A DNA stretch of 64,000 nucleotides from Thalia democratica (Eukaryota), in the NCBI GenBank assembly GCA_965202585.1, contig OZ241831.1:2790001-2854000 (forward strand), given 5' to 3'. How positions within the stretch are numbered: the first letter of the stretch is position 1; each line of letters begins with the position of its first letter. Shown in pieces: positions 24,872-39,254 of this stretch. A program made the translations under genes and the position numbers. The notes beneath the pieces are model-generated. The model had not been told where the DNA came from and did not search any database. It was given only the letters and a program-made list of their open reading frames with translations.

Positions 24872-25986
24872 TTACAACGAAGTTACTTTTCCCATGAACA
24901 AAGTTTGACTTTTGAACAAAATCATGAATAAAAACGGATGATCAACTGTAAAACGAATTGGCTCTCGGTTGCATTTAATGGCTGTATGTGGTATTAATCT
25001 TGATGCAGTTACTGCTGCAGATTCAGTTCCATTTTCATTTGTCTCAATGAATGCTTTGTGGACTGCTTCGGAGACAAAAAGTCCACTTGATTGCGTGGAC
25101 ATTGCACTAAAATCTGCAAGACTTTCATCAAAAGCATCTTTTACTCCCAACAAACGTAAGCATTCGTTCAATTTAGCTTCATACTCAAGTTTGAATTTTG
25201 GCATTCTCAACGAAACATATTCATAATGGAACTTGTTAACATCTTTGAGACTTTCATTTCAACGTCCAGTTCTTTAATTACACTTTTAAGACCAAATTTC
25301 TCATCAGGTAGAATAATCAGCATACTAAAATCTGGTTGCTTGTAAGGAATTCTCACACACTTGAACCCTTTTTCATCAACTGAAATGTAAGAGAAAGAAC
25401 ATTCCCGTCTCATCATTTTAACAGTAGAAGTTTTATTTTCTGCACAATAGAATTGAGCTTTATTGGTTTTATAACTTTTGAACTTATTAAACCAATCACC
25501 TTTGAAGTAGATACAACTAACTAGAACGCATGCAGTTTTAGGATCCAATTCACTAAACAAATCTTTAATTTTTTCTTTAGTACAGTGTGCAACCCAGCCA
25601 TTGATTATATTTTTTGATTTGTCTGCAGTGTTTTTGTAGTCTAAAGATTTGATTTGGCATTTAAAAGCAGTTTTCATATCACTCTCGTACTTTGAAACCA
25701 TCTGAAACGTTTTTGAAGGAAAGACAGAGTTAGCAAGTTCAACTTTTAAACTATTAGAATCGTAGTTAAGTAAATCAGTCAGCGCTTTCAGCTTAGAAAG
25801 AAGTTCTTCATCTTTTACAAATCCTAGTGCTTCTTCAATCTGCTGCTTGGTTGTTCCATTTGAACCTAGTAGTAGCATAGAAAGAGCAAGCGAAATGCTC
25901 AGTGGTGAAAAGAAAACGTTTTCGTTTTCATCAGTGCTTTCACAAAGCTTTTCAAACAGATTGACATCAAACGAAGTGAAATTCAT
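24872..25986 (-). pseudogene. Full-length serpin with 4-nt deletion frameshift; RCL ENGTESAAVTASRLIPHTAIKC
   Basis: ATAG missing at ~25256 relative to the 54376-55494 copy; two ORF pieces in different frames. Confidence 0.88.
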
Positions 25987-28900
25987 ACGGAATTTAGACA
26001 CAACAAACTTTACAAGCTGAATATAATTCTATATTACTCATTGATAAAACATTATTTAACTAATGTGTATAAAATATTTTTGCAGTTTTTAGAGGTTTAG
26101 AAATTTTTTAGTTGATTGTAACTCCCTGAGTTTAAATGAAAAATATTTTGATCAGCTTGAAAACCTTACTTACTGATAAAACATCATTAAACTGTTGTGT
26201 ATAGAATAATTTTACTGTTTATAAAGGTTAAGAATTTTATTAGTTTATTAAAGTGCTCCCTGAATTTTAATGCGAAATTTATTAATCAACTTAAAAACCT
26301 TAGAGCCAAGTGTTTATTAAAGCAACTTTTGTAATACTACAAATTGTTGTTGTGTAACAAAATAAGATATATATCTAGTATGCCTTTCATACTTGACTAA
26401 ATTGTCAAGTAACTGACTAAATACATTCTGATTACTTAATTTAAACGCGACAAGTTATAATCAACTATAAAATAAGTGACTTACAACAACTACTTTTATT
26501 TTTTAGTGTTTACTGTGGTTTGGTCTACCACTTTTGGCGCTAATAAGTTATATTTCGTTTTGATTGAGATAACTGCTGCAGGCAGAAGTTGTTTATATTA
26601 AACATAAAAAAATAATAATGAACGGAATAAAAAATTACTTTTTGTAGTTTTTTATTAAAGTTCATGGTTTTCCTACGGTGTCCTTTAATTTTTGTAATAA
26701 AAATCTAACAAACAGTTTTGTAACCTAAAATAAATTGGTGTTCTAGCTATGATATATAATAACTAAGTTTAATGGATAATATTGTTTAGTTTTATATGCA
26801 ATAAACATACCTTGATACTTTTCAAATTTTCCAACGTAAAATCGCTCTAGGTAGCGAACAGTTTTACTTGAATACTGTAAATAAATCAATTGTCAAGTAC
26901 TGTCACATAAACAAATAACAATTTTAGGAATATGAAAATTCAAATAATGCATTAAAACACTTATAGAGAAAAGAGTTTAGAACATGCCGTAAATGTTTTT
27001 GTTAACAGATGTTTTTTTTTACGATATTTATAGTGTTATGATAAACATTTAATGTAACATTATCTTTAAATAAATTAACTATTTTTTATGATATTTTATT
27101 AGAAAAGATATTTTAAAATACATTTATAAGTCCAAATGAGTTTACTCCGAAATTTAATACAGAAATATTCTATTGAAGTTCAAAGTGTATGTATTCAAAG
27201 TATAACACAAACATACTTATTTTTATAAAAATATTTTTGTTTTAATTGTTTATTTAACCTTAATGTTTTTCGTAAATAAAATGGGATAACATATGATTAT
27301 AAAAGTTCTAAAATGGTATCTTTTGACAGGTTTAATTGTTTTTATGAACTATGTAAGGTAAGATCGACTCCTTAGCCTATCGTTATGCTAAACGGGGCTG
27401 ACTAGATTGGAGGAAAAACGTGTTTATTGTTGCAAGTCTTTTGTTAAACGTTAGACCAAGACATCAAAACCTAAAGCTTAAACTTAAAGTCACTGATTAA
27501 AAAAGTAAAAAGTAAAAAAAAGTTAGAACAAAGATAAAACATGTTTCAATTTATCTTTAAATTTATATATTAACATAAAAAGCAAACTTTTAACACATAA
27601 ACTTATACTTATTATTTTATTTACTGTTTTATGTAGCAGGTTTTGTTTAATTTTGTCTTTTAACCTCCTTAAAATCAATTTTATCATTATTACTTTCAAT
27701 GATCTGTGAGATCTCACAATGATAGTTAAACAAATTTTAACTTTAACATTAACTTTTAGCTTCTCACCAATATAAAATACTCTCTGCAAAACTTAGGAAA
27801 AAACATACTGGAACAATTAAATCATTCAAAGATTCTTGTGCAAGAGTAAAACATTTAGAAAAAAATAAGTGAAGTGTAAATAGATTAACAAAAATCAGAA
27901 ATGAGTTTAGTACTAATAAATGCATAGACTAAAGTGAAAAATAAAGTATTTGATACAATAGAGAACAACTTGCGATAAAAAGTAATGCCTAAACAACTTA
28001 ATGTTTATTAAAAAACTGAAAACAGTGAAGCAATGTAACACATGTGTACTAAAAAAAGTACAGCTGTTTCAATGAGTTAAAAAATTAGTTTTGTACAATA
28101 TAAATTAAAAAATTTACTGATTAAAAGCAAACTGAATATAAACTAAGCTAAAAAAATAAATAGTAAAACTCATTACTTTTAAATAGAAAAAATAAGTCAG
28201 TGATATAACTATAAATTAATATTAATTTCATACTTGTTTTAAAACAAGTATAGGTAAAAAACTCATATTTTTTAAATATGTCCTCAAAAGTTATTCTAAT
28301 AATATTTTTTTAGTTTTATATATTTTTTTGACTTTCAAAGAGTTAAAAACAAAATAAAATAGTCTATTTTGCAAAAAAAAAAAGTTTGAATATACTTTAC
28401 ATATTCTAAAATAATAGCAATATTTTTAATTTAAACAGATTAGTTTAAAATTTTTATGATTAGTAAAAGTTAAGAATTTTTATAAATCACTGTTCGGCGT
28501 TATTTTATAATTTACGGAAAAATTTCGCAAGTTCTTAGCAACACGCTTTTTTTAAAAAACTTCTTTCATAAGTCGCAGTTATTTAAAGAAAAATGAAGTC
28601 AACAATATGAAAAACAATTTAAAACAAAAACAAAACAAGCAAAAATAAATCATTAGTAATTACTAACTAATTAACTCACAACCTAATTGTAATTATTACT
28701 ACAAAAAACTAATTTAATCTTATTTATAAAAAAATACATTTATCAGTAAAGCACATCGTAGGCCAGACATTTTTCTTTTTCAAAAATTCGGCTTCTGGAC
28801 TTCTGCTTGCCGTCTTCTGTTACAGATAGTTAAAGCGAAAAAAAAGTTATATTAAAACATACGTTATTTATTATAGTTCCAATAATGTATAAGATTTTTT

Positions 28901-29097
28901 AAAATTACACGTAAGTTAAAAAACAAGATCTTATTAACCATATCCATTAACAAAATTTATCATTAAAAAGTGAAGTTTTAATTCAATATTCAAAATAGAT
29001 CACAGTGTTAAGCTAACAATTCTTTTCTTTTAAACATAAAGCTTTTGTCGATAGTAGTTAATTTTAAAAGAACAGTGACTTGTTAGCGTTAGACCTT

Positions 29098-29354
29098 GTA
29101 GTGGTCTTGCAGATTTTAGTGCAATGTCCACGCAATCAACAGGACTATTTGTGTCCGAAGCAGTCCACAAAGCATTTGTGGAGACGAATGAAAATGGAAC
29201 TGAAGCTGCTGCTGCAACTGGATCAACTTCTGTTGACATTTGTATATCTTCATCAGAAGAAGAGTTAATACCCTTTACAGTTGATCATCCGTTTGTGTTG
29301 ATGATTTTGTTCAAAAATCAAACTTTGTTCATGCGAAAAGTAACTTCGTTGTAA
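29098..29354 (+). pseudogene. Serpin C-terminal fragment; RCL GSTSVDICISSSEEE
   Basis: Promoter-homologous sequence (AGAACAGTGACTTGTTAGCG, ~29070-29090) is joined directly to the SGLADFSAMS coding sequence. Confidence 0.88.
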
Positions 29355-31579
29355 TGAAGATTTCAGGATTCGATTGTTTTCGTTTGTACATCCCGTTTTA
29401 TTCGTTTTTATTTTGAAGTTGTGTTTGATGTTATGCATGGTTTTCGTTGAGTTTAATAAATACTGTTAGGTTCGATTGTGTAAATGTTGATTTTTGTTAA
29501 ATAAATTAAGATATCTTAACTATGATCTTATTTTGTATACAAACCAAATGGAAATAGCTAATTTTTACAACTTAAAAGGGTTCAGCAGCAAGTAAATAGA
29601 TATTCTACTCAGTTACATTTAAGTACTTTTGAAGTATTGTAATAAGCAAGAACGTTTCAAAATTAGTTGGTTATATTTATACACAATACAAACAGCTAGT
29701 GTCATAACTTTTTATGTAGTTCTAAGATTAGAATAATATACGTTATGTATTTCTAATATAAACTGAATTATTATCTAAAATTCAAAGTAGCTAACTTTAA
29801 GTAATGATGAAAAATCATTAGTAGACATAGAAACTATCATGTTTAAACTAAGTTACATATGTTATTAACTAGTTAATGGTATATAGTTATTTTTTTGTAG
29901 TCTATAAGCGACACGTTAGAGATAATAAACATACGATTACGATAATAACACGCTTAATTTAACTAGAACGTTTTGCTTTAAACAATAACAAAATTATTTA
30001 AACTAAACAAATTGACTTAATACTTCCAAAAAATCTAAGTAAAATTAAGTTAATTTTCTAGATCACTGGCCGAAAGTATTTTATGATTTACGGGAAAATT
30101 TTATAAGTTGCTAGCGAGATGCTTAAAGGAGAAAAAATATTTCACGGGTCGCAGTTATTTAAAACAGATGTGGTAAACTGAACAAAAATATAACTTAAAA
30201 AAATAATGATAATAAGCAAAAATAAATGACTAGTATAGTATAGTAATTAACGATTGATAAATGTACAACGTAATTGTAGTTTTTAACTACATAATCTTTA
30301 TTTTTATTCATTAGTATGTTTTTAGCTGAAAAGTAAATCGTAGGCCAGAAATTTTTGTTTTTAGAAAATTCGGAACCTAGACCGCTATTTACTGTTTTCT
30401 GAACTAGTAAAAAAGTTAAAAAGCACTTAAAAACAAATTAAGCTAAGTTCTTATACTTACCCTATATCTTCAAAGACTATAGTTGAAAAAAAAATTATAC
30501 TTCGAATAGCTTATAATAAGTTATTAGTAGTTGTTTAATACTGAAAAATTGGTTTACATTATTCAAGTTTTATTTTTTAAATATTTGTTTACAAGTATTT
30601 AGAAAACTGTATAAACAAAAAAGTAAACTGTATAAACAAAACTCTGAAATAAATGGAAAATTACAAAAGCTTACTAACAAAGGAAAATTATGACTAGCAA
30701 AAAAGGTCAATTATTAAAAAAAAAAACAATTTAAAAATTGCTTTGCTATTTTAATATACTAAGTTTTTGTCTACTATAATGGTTATTGTTAACATAAATC
30801 ATTTAAGTTATTCTAAAAAATAATAAAGCAATATAGAATCTAGATATTTTTATAACTAAACTACACAACTTATATCAGAAGTTCTAAACTGCTAAACTAC
30901 AAGCTCTTTAAATACATATATAATCTCAAGAAATATCGTGGTTAATTTGGAAAATTTGAGTTTGAATAATTAACAATTTTAAACTTTGTTAAATAAATTG
31001 AATATTTTTTACTTATTGGATATAATAAAATTTTAAGAACAGTTTGTTTTAAACAAACTGATTTACTTTCAACACATTTATGGGTTAATAAACACCAGGC
31101 TCCAACCTAATTAAAAAAGGTTTCATAAAATTATAATCTTAAACAATATGCTTACAATTTGTAAGCATATTTATACACTCGAATGCAAGTGAACTGCTAT
31201 AGCTGATGTTAATATTATTTTTTTATAAAAAATTGATTTAAATCCTCGCAATAGTATCTTTAAAACATGATCATTTTTTTGTATAAAATTATTTTGTTTA
31301 AAAATACTATTCGCTTTACTTATTATAACATAATTTTAACAATTTAAAAAATTTATTATATCATAGTTGTATATATTATTTACTATTTTAATTCTTAGAG
31401 CTTTACACAAGTTAACAATACTCAAGTTGTTTCTATTACCTTTCAATATAAGCAAATAATATTTAAAAAATAATTGTTAAGTTATTTAATTAACAAATTG
31501 CTGCGGAAACCTCGTGCTGTTTTTAGATTTTTTAAAACTTTAAGTAATAAAAATCAATTATTTACACTTGTAAAATATG

Positions 31580-31980
31580 TTTTGTGATAATGATGTTTTT
31601 GTTACTTTTAATATTGTTTAAACTCTATTATGCAACCCTTAATCATACTGAAATCGCCTAAATCAATTTATGTACCTCTATAACTATGCAGTTAATAGGG
31701 GTACTTTGTATAGACTATAACTTAGTACTGAAGCTCATAACAGTTTAGATGCCAAAATTTGTGATCTTGCGGTTATAGTGGTACACGAATTGATTTAGGT
31801 GACCTAAGAATGATTAAGGCAAGGGTTGCATAAAAGAGTTTAAACAATATTAAAATGACAAAAAAATATCATTGTCACAAATTTCGATAAAGATTCTGGT
31901 GTTGTAGTTTAAATTCTTCACATTATGTTAGTAAAATGGAAAATGTATTTAGCGATTGCACTAAATTCAAACAAATAGGT
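31580..31980 (+). mobile_element. PLE RT relic with inverted repeat; loop orientation B
   Basis: Reads EAHNSLDAKICDLA / YSGT.IDLGD through KNDKKNIIVT..DK.SGVVV with small lesions. Confidence 0.65.
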
Positions 31981-32213
31981 TATGTTTTTGCAATGTTTAT
32001 TGTCAGTGGTTAACAAGTATAAGGTATAAGTCAAATTAAGCGTGTTATTATCATAATCTTATGTTTTATATCTTATACACTATCTTACGTATCGCTAGTA
32101 GACTTCAATAAAATCATTATATATCGTTAACTAGTAAATACTATCAATAAACTAATTTTTAAAACATGACTTTTCTTTATCTAAGTATGTTTTTTCATAA
32201 TTACTTTATACTA

Positions 32214-32948
32214 CAGTAACCTCTCGGATCTTTACGCACTCGTGACGTTACGCACTCTCGTTTAGTTACGCATTTCAGAATTCTATAAAATTCAGAAAAT
32301 AAAAACTTTCATTTTTTTTAATATTGCACAAATTAGGTTTAATGTATATTTCTGAATTAAAATATGTTTTTGAACGCTAACACACCTCTCTATATCTTTA
32401 AATTTTGTTAATTTATGTTCCTTGACTAATTGATAAACATTTAGTTATACCTCAGTATATCAGAAATTTTGTTAACAATAAGAGATTAAATCAAAATTCT
32501 GAAATAAACATGACTGTGTTTAATAATAAAAGTATAAAAAAATAATGAGAGTTTAAAACACAAAAAAAAATAATACAGCAGTCTTGCCCTATATAAACAC
32601 CATCTTATAATTGAAAAGAAAAGCTAAATTATAAATTGAATTTGATAAAGATAATTTCTACTTATTATCAATATAGTAAAACTATATCTACTCGTATTAT
32701 TATTTTATAGAAATTCAAATCTTTTTTTTTAATACATGTATAGTTTTATCTGTTGTTTTCATATTTATAAATTAAGTAAACAAATAGTTAAAAGTGGGAA
32801 AGTGCCCAGTCTGCTTTTAACTAGAAGCAATATAAAAAACAGCTATTAAAGTTAGTATATTTGGTACCTCTCGTTTCTTTACGATCTCTCATATCTTTAC
32901 GCACTTTTTCTGTGAACACAATGTGCGTAAATAAGCGAGAGGTTACTG
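32214..32948. mobile_element. Tc1/mariner-superfamily (pogo/Tigger-like) MITE, 735 bp
   Basis: 13-bp perfect TIR CAGTAACCTCTCG (about 26 bp imperfect), TA duplication at 32212-32213 and 32949-32950, subterminal TTACGCA repeats; empty site in all other module copies. Confidence 0.9.
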
Positions 32949-33385
32949 TAAACTAAATGTAACATCAATTTAACATTTTGATAAAATTCAGTATATACAA
33001 GTAATATATAACGTATACTATTTTATTCTTAGAGCTTCACATAATTTGTTAAGACATCAGCTTTTTGTATTGCGTAACAATATTACCAATTTTGAAAAGT
33101 TTCTGCTTTTCACAAGACTTCAAAAGTATTTAAATGTAACTGAGTAGAATATCTATTTACTTGCTGCTGAACCCTTTTAAGTTGTAAAAAATAGCTATTT
33201 CCATTTGGTTTAAACAAAATAAGACAATTGTTAAGAAATGTCAATTTATTTAACAAAAATTAAAATTTACACAACCCAACGTAACACTATTTATTAAACT
33301 TATTCATGCAAAACATCAAACACAACTTCATAATAAAAATTAATAGAACGGGATGTACAAACGAAAACAATCGATTAAAACTTCT

Positions 33386-34498
33386 TTACAACGAAGTAAC
33401 TTTTCCCATGAACAAAGTTTGATTTTTAAACAAAATCATCAACACAAACGGATGATCAACTGTAAAGAGTATTAACTCTTCTTCTAATGAAGAGGCACAC
33501 ATGTCAACAAAAGTTGATCCAATCGCAGCTGCTTCAGTTCCATTTTCATTTGTCTCAATAAATGCTTTGTGGACTGCTTCGGAGACGTAAAGTCCACTGG
33601 ATTGCGTGGACATTGCACTGAAGTCTGATTTTTCTTCATCAAAAGCGTCTTTTACTCCCAACAAATGTAAGCATTTGTTCAATTTAGCTTCATAGTCAAG
33701 TTTGAACTTTGGCATTGCTAGCGAGATATATTCTTCATCGAAGTTATCAACTTTTTGCAGATTTTCAATAGTTTAAACCAGTTTTTCTATTACACTTTTC
33801 AATCCGTTTTTCCCATCCGGTAAAATTATCAGCATACTAAATTCTGATTGCTTGTAAGGAATTCTCACACACTTGAACCCTTTTTCATCAACTGAAATGT
33901 AAAAGTAAAAACCTGTCCGTCTCATCATTTCAACAGTAGAAGTTTTATTTTCTGTACAATAGAATTTTTCATCTTTAGTTAACCTTGACTTGAACTTTTC
34001 ACACCAATCACCTTTAAAGTAGATACAACTAACTAGAACACATGCAGTTTCAGGGTCCAAATCACTAAACAGAGCTTTAATATTTCCATTAGTACAACTT
34101 GCAACCCAACCATTGATTTTATTTTTAGATTTGTCTGTATTGTTCTTGTAGTCTAAAGATTGAATTTGGCATTTAAATACAGTTTTCATATCACTCTCGT
34201 ACTTTGAAATTATCTGAAACGCTTTTGAAGGAAAGACAGAGTTAGCAAGTTCAACTTTTAAATTATTAGAATCGTAGTTAAGTACATCAGTCAGCGCTTT
34301 GAGCTTAGAAAGAAGTTCTTCATCTTTCACAAATCCTAGTGCTTCTTCAATCTGCTGCTTGGTTATTCCATTTGAACCTAGTAGTAACATAGAAAGAGCA
34401 AGCGAAATGCTCAATGGCGAAAAGAAAATGTTTTCGTTTTCATCAGTGATTTCACAGAGCTTTTCAAAGAGATTGACATCAAACGAGTTGAAATTCAT
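33386..34498 (-). pseudogene. Full-length serpin with in-frame stop; RCL ENGTEAAAIGSTFVDMCASSLEEE
   Basis: One codon deleted and TAA at 33773-33775 (LV*TIEN vs LDVETIEN); both ORF pieces in the same frame; hinge one residue shorter. Confidence 0.88.
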
Positions 34499-36300
34499 AC
34501 TGATTTTAGACACTACAAACTTTACAAGCTAAAATATAATTCTATATTGCTCATTAATAAATCATTATTTAACTGTTGTGTATAAAATAATTTTATAGTT
34601 TGTAAAGCTTAAGAAAATCATTAGTTGATTTTAATGCTCCCTGAATATTAAATGCAAAATGTTTTGATCAAATTAAAAATATTATAGCCTAGTGTATATC
34701 AAAATAATTTTATGTTACAAATATTGTTGAGTAACAAAATAAGACATATTTCTAGTATGTCTTTTATACCTGACTAAATTGTTTAGTAACTGAATAATTA
34801 CATTCTGATTACGTAATTAAAAACGCAACAAACTCAAAATGCACAATTAATAATCCACCATAAAATAAGTGACCTACAACAATTATTTTGATTTTGTAGT
34901 GTTTACTGTGGTTTGTTCTAACACTTTTAGCGCTAATGAGCTGTGTTTCGTTTTGATTAAGATAATAGACAGAATTTGTATATATTAAACAGAAAAAAAT
35001 GGCTCAACTAAACTTTAAAGTTATATATTGTAAATTATAACTAGTTTTTCTTAAAGTTCATGGTTTTCTTACCGTGTCCTTTAGTTTTTGTAATAAAAGA
35101 GCTACTACAATATTTATTTTTTAACCTTTAAAATGTTATAAATTGGTACATTAGTTGTAGTATATAAGTTTCAGCTGATACTTGTTAATATATAAATTTT
35201 TATTTAAATTAAATAATATGACCAAATACTTTTGAAATGATTAGATAAATAAGTTAGTAACTTTAAAAACTTTGCAAAACGTTTAGACTAAATAGTTATT
35301 TATGTTCAGTTTAAAAAATTAAAATTAAAGCACTATATACAAAATATTTAAATATGTTCTTAAAGTAAATTTTGTCTTTTCATCTCCTTAAAATCAGTTT
35401 TATCATTTATACTTTCTATGATCTGTGAGATCCCACAATAATAGTTACACAAATTTCAAATTTAGCATCAACTTCTAGCTTCTCCTCAACATAAAATATT
35501 CTCTGCAAAACTTCGGAAAAACATACTGGAAGACTCAATCATTTCAGTGATTCTTACAAGAGTAAAACATTTGAAAAAATTAAGTTTACTGTAAACAGAT
35601 ATAAAAAAATCAGAAATAAGTTTAGTAATAAGAAATACTGAGACTAAAGTGAAAAATAAAGTATTTGAAACAACAAAGAACAACTAAAAATAAAAAGTAA
35701 TGCTTAAAGAACGATATTTTTATTAAACACTGAAAACAGTGAAGCAAATGTAACACATGTGTTCTACAAATAAAATTACAGCTGTTTCAATGAGCTCTGG
35801 AATAAACGTAACTGGACTGGTTATATTTCTGGAATGTATAATAGCTAATTTTTATAGACTCTTTTTTTAAAACTTAACATCTCAACAAAAAATACAAACA
35901 AGCCTAATAAAACTTTTATGACAAACTTTTTGTAAATAGGCGAGGAATATAGTGTTAGACTTTAATATATAAAATACATTGTATTTTTCTTTTGATGCTA
36001 AGTGCGCACCTAAACATTTTTTAACTAATTACAAGAAAATACAATACTACTATCATCGGCTGTAGGTCATCGCGTAGGGGGCACTGGAGCTGTTATTCCA
36101 CATAGCAAAAAAAACTTTGAATTTCAGATTTTACGCATTTTTTCATTGAGTTTAATAATAAATTTGGTTATTTTTTTTTCTTTGTCCTTCAAACACTACT
36201 AAGTTAGAGCTGCAAGCTCAATCTGTGTCAGATGCATTTTAAATATATACAAGTTTTTCAAACACAAAAAGTTGTTGAAACATAAATTTTGAACTGCAGC

Positions 36301-38552
36301 ACAATGTGAATTAAAAAATTAGTTTTGCACAGTATAAATAAAAAATTTAGTTTTGTACTATGTGAATTAAAAAATTAGTTTTGTACAATATGAATTAAAA
36401 AATTAGTTTTGTACAAAATGAAATGAAAAAGTAGTTTTGTACAATATGAATCGAAAAATTAGTTTTGCACAATATGAATTGAAAAATTAGTTTTGTACAA
36501 TATGAATTAAAAAATTAGTTTTGCACAATATGAATTGAAAAAGTAGTTTTGTACAATATGAATTAAAAAATTAGTTTTGTACAGTATTAATTAAACAATT
36601 AGTTTTGCAAAATATGAATTAAATAATTAGTTTTGTACTATGTGAATTAAAAAATTAGTTTTGCACAATATGAATTAAAAATTTAGTTTTGTACAATATT
36701 AATTAAAAGATTAATTTTGCACAATATGAATTGAAAAATCAGTTTTGCACAATATAAATTAAAAAATTAGTTTTGCACAATGTGAATTAAAAAATTAGTT
36801 TTGCACAATATGAATTTAAAAATTAGTTTTGCACAATATAAGTTGAAAAATTAGTTTTGCACAATATGAATTAAAAATATAGTTTTGTAGAATATTAATT
36901 AAAAAATTACTTTTGCACAATATGAATTGAAAAATTAGTTTTACACAATATGAATTGAAAAATAAGTTTTGCAAAATATGAATTAAAAAATTAGTTTTGC
37001 ACAATATGAATTAAAAAATTAGTTTTGTACAATATGAATTGAAAAATTAGTTTTGCACAATATGAATTAAATAATTAGTTTTGTACAATATGAATTGAAA
37101 AGTTAGTTTTGCACTATGTGAATTAAAAAATTAGTTTAGCACAATATGAAATGAAAAATTAGATTTGCACAATATGAATTAAAAAATTAGTTTTGCACAA
37201 TATGAATTTAAAAATCAGTTTTGCACAATAGGAATTCAAAAATTAGTTTTGCACAACATGAATTGAAAAGTTAGTTTTGTACAATGTGAATTAAAAATTA
37301 GTTTTGTACAATATGAATATATGAATTGAAAAATTACTTTTGCACAATATGAATCGAAAAATTAGTTTTGTACAATATGAATTAAAAAAATAGTTTTGTA
37401 CAGTATGAATTTAAAAATTAGTTTTGCACTATGTGAATTAAAAAATTAGTTTTGCACAAAATGAATTAAAAAAGTAGTTATGCACAATATGAAGTAAATA
37501 ATTAGTTTTGTACAATATGAAATGAAAAATTAGTTTTGCACTATGTGAATTAAAAAATTAGTTTAGCACAATATGAAATGAAAAATTAGATTTGCACAAT
37601 ATGAATTAAAAAATTAGTTTTGCACAATATGAACTTAAAAATCAGTTTTGCACAATAGGAATTCAAAAATTAGTTTTGCACAACATGAATTGAAAAGTTA
37701 GTTTTGTACGATGTGAATTAAAAATTAGTTTTGTACAATATGAATATATGAATTGAAAAATTACTTTTGCACAATATGAATCGAAAAATTAGTTTTGTAC
37801 AATATGAATTAAAAAAATAGTTTTGTACAGTATGAATTTAAAAATTAGTTTTGCACTATGTGAATTAAAAAATTAGTTTTGCACAAAATGAATTAAAAAA
37901 GTAGTTTTGCACAATATGAATTAAATAATTAGTTTTGTACAATATGAAATGAAAAATTAGTTTTGCACAATAGGAATTCAAAAATTAGTTTTGCACAACA
38001 TGAATTGAAAAGTTAGTTTTGTACGATGTGAATTAAAAATTAGTTTTGTACAATATGAATATATGAATTGAAAAATTACTTTTGCACAATATGAATCGAA
38101 AAATTAGTTTTGTACAATATAAATTAAAAAAATAGTTTTGTACAGTATGAATTTAAAAATTAGTTTTGCACTATGTGAATTAAAAGATTAGTTTTGCACA
38201 ATATGAATTAAAAGATTAGTTTTGCACAATATGAATTAAATAATTAGTTTTGTACAATATGAACTTAAAAATTAGTTTTGCACAATATGAAATGAAAAAT
38301 TAGTTTTGTACAATATGAATTAAAAAATTAGTTTTGCACAATATGAATTGAAAAATTAGTTTTCTACAATATGAATTAAAAAATTAGTTTTGCACAACAT
38401 GAATTAAAAAATTAGTTTTGCACAATATGAATTTATAAATTAGTTTTGCACAATATGAATTAAAAAATAAGTTTTGCACAATATGAATTTATAAATTAGT
38501 TTTGCACAATATGAATTGAAAAATTAGTTTTGTACAAAATGAATTGAAAAAT
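36301..38552. repeat. 28-bp minisatellite, ~80 units, consensus CAATATGAATTAAAAAATTAGTTTTG(C/T)A
   Basis: Period measured directly (36498 to 36526); variant units recur in higher-order blocks. Confidence 0.95.
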
Positions 38553-39247
38553 TACTGATTGTAAACAATGTGAATATACTGAAATAAAAAATTAAGTAGT
38601 AAAACTTATTACTTTTAAATAGAAAAGACAATTTAATGATATAACTATAATTTAAAGTAAATTTCATACTTGTTTTAAAACAAGTATAGCTAGAAAATAC
38701 ATATTTTAAAAATATGTCATTAAAACTATTTTAGTAATAGTTTTATGGTTATTTTAAACAATTTTTAAACTTTCAAAGGAAATTACAAACAAAATAAAAT
38801 AGTCAATTTCGCAAAAAAAAAAGTTTAGATAAAACTTACCCTTTCATTCTAAAATAATAGCAATATTTTTAAATTAAACAAATTAGTTTAAAACTTCCAA
38901 AAAATCTTTGTAAAAGTAATAACTTTTTATAGATCAGGTCGGTTTTTTTATAATTCATGGTAAAATTTTTCAAGTTCTTAGCGAGACGCTTTTTATAAAA
39001 AAATCTTTCATAGGTCGCAGTTATTTTAAAAAGATGAAGTTAACAGTATAAAAAACAATAAAAAAAAAAACGAGCAAAAATAAATGATTAGTCTTCTGTC
39101 GTTATTTATATTTGTTATTTCTAAGTTGATTATTGTTAAAGACTTGTTTTAATGTGATTGTCGAAATAAATTTAATTAGTAACCTAACAATTATTTTCTG
39201 TTTAAATACAAATCTGCTGTAGGTAGTAGTTACTTTTAACAGAACAG

Positions 39248-39254
39248 TGACTCA
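39248..39254. promoter_or_regulatory. AP-1-type site TGACTCA
   Basis: ~452 bp upstream of the ATG at 39706. Confidence 0.4.

Noticed and set aside
24206-29354. Serpin 3' fragments as mutually exclusive RCL exons (Manduca serpin-1 style)
   Set aside because: No intron or donor near the hinge in any full gene; the stub lacks the hinge; the 29098 fragment has no upstream same-strand partner; both have deletion-type junctions
36301-38552. CRISPR-like appearance of the ~28-bp periodic array, and ORF 36816-37004
   Set aside because: Units abut with no unique spacers and there are no cas genes; the ORF is a translation of the repeat
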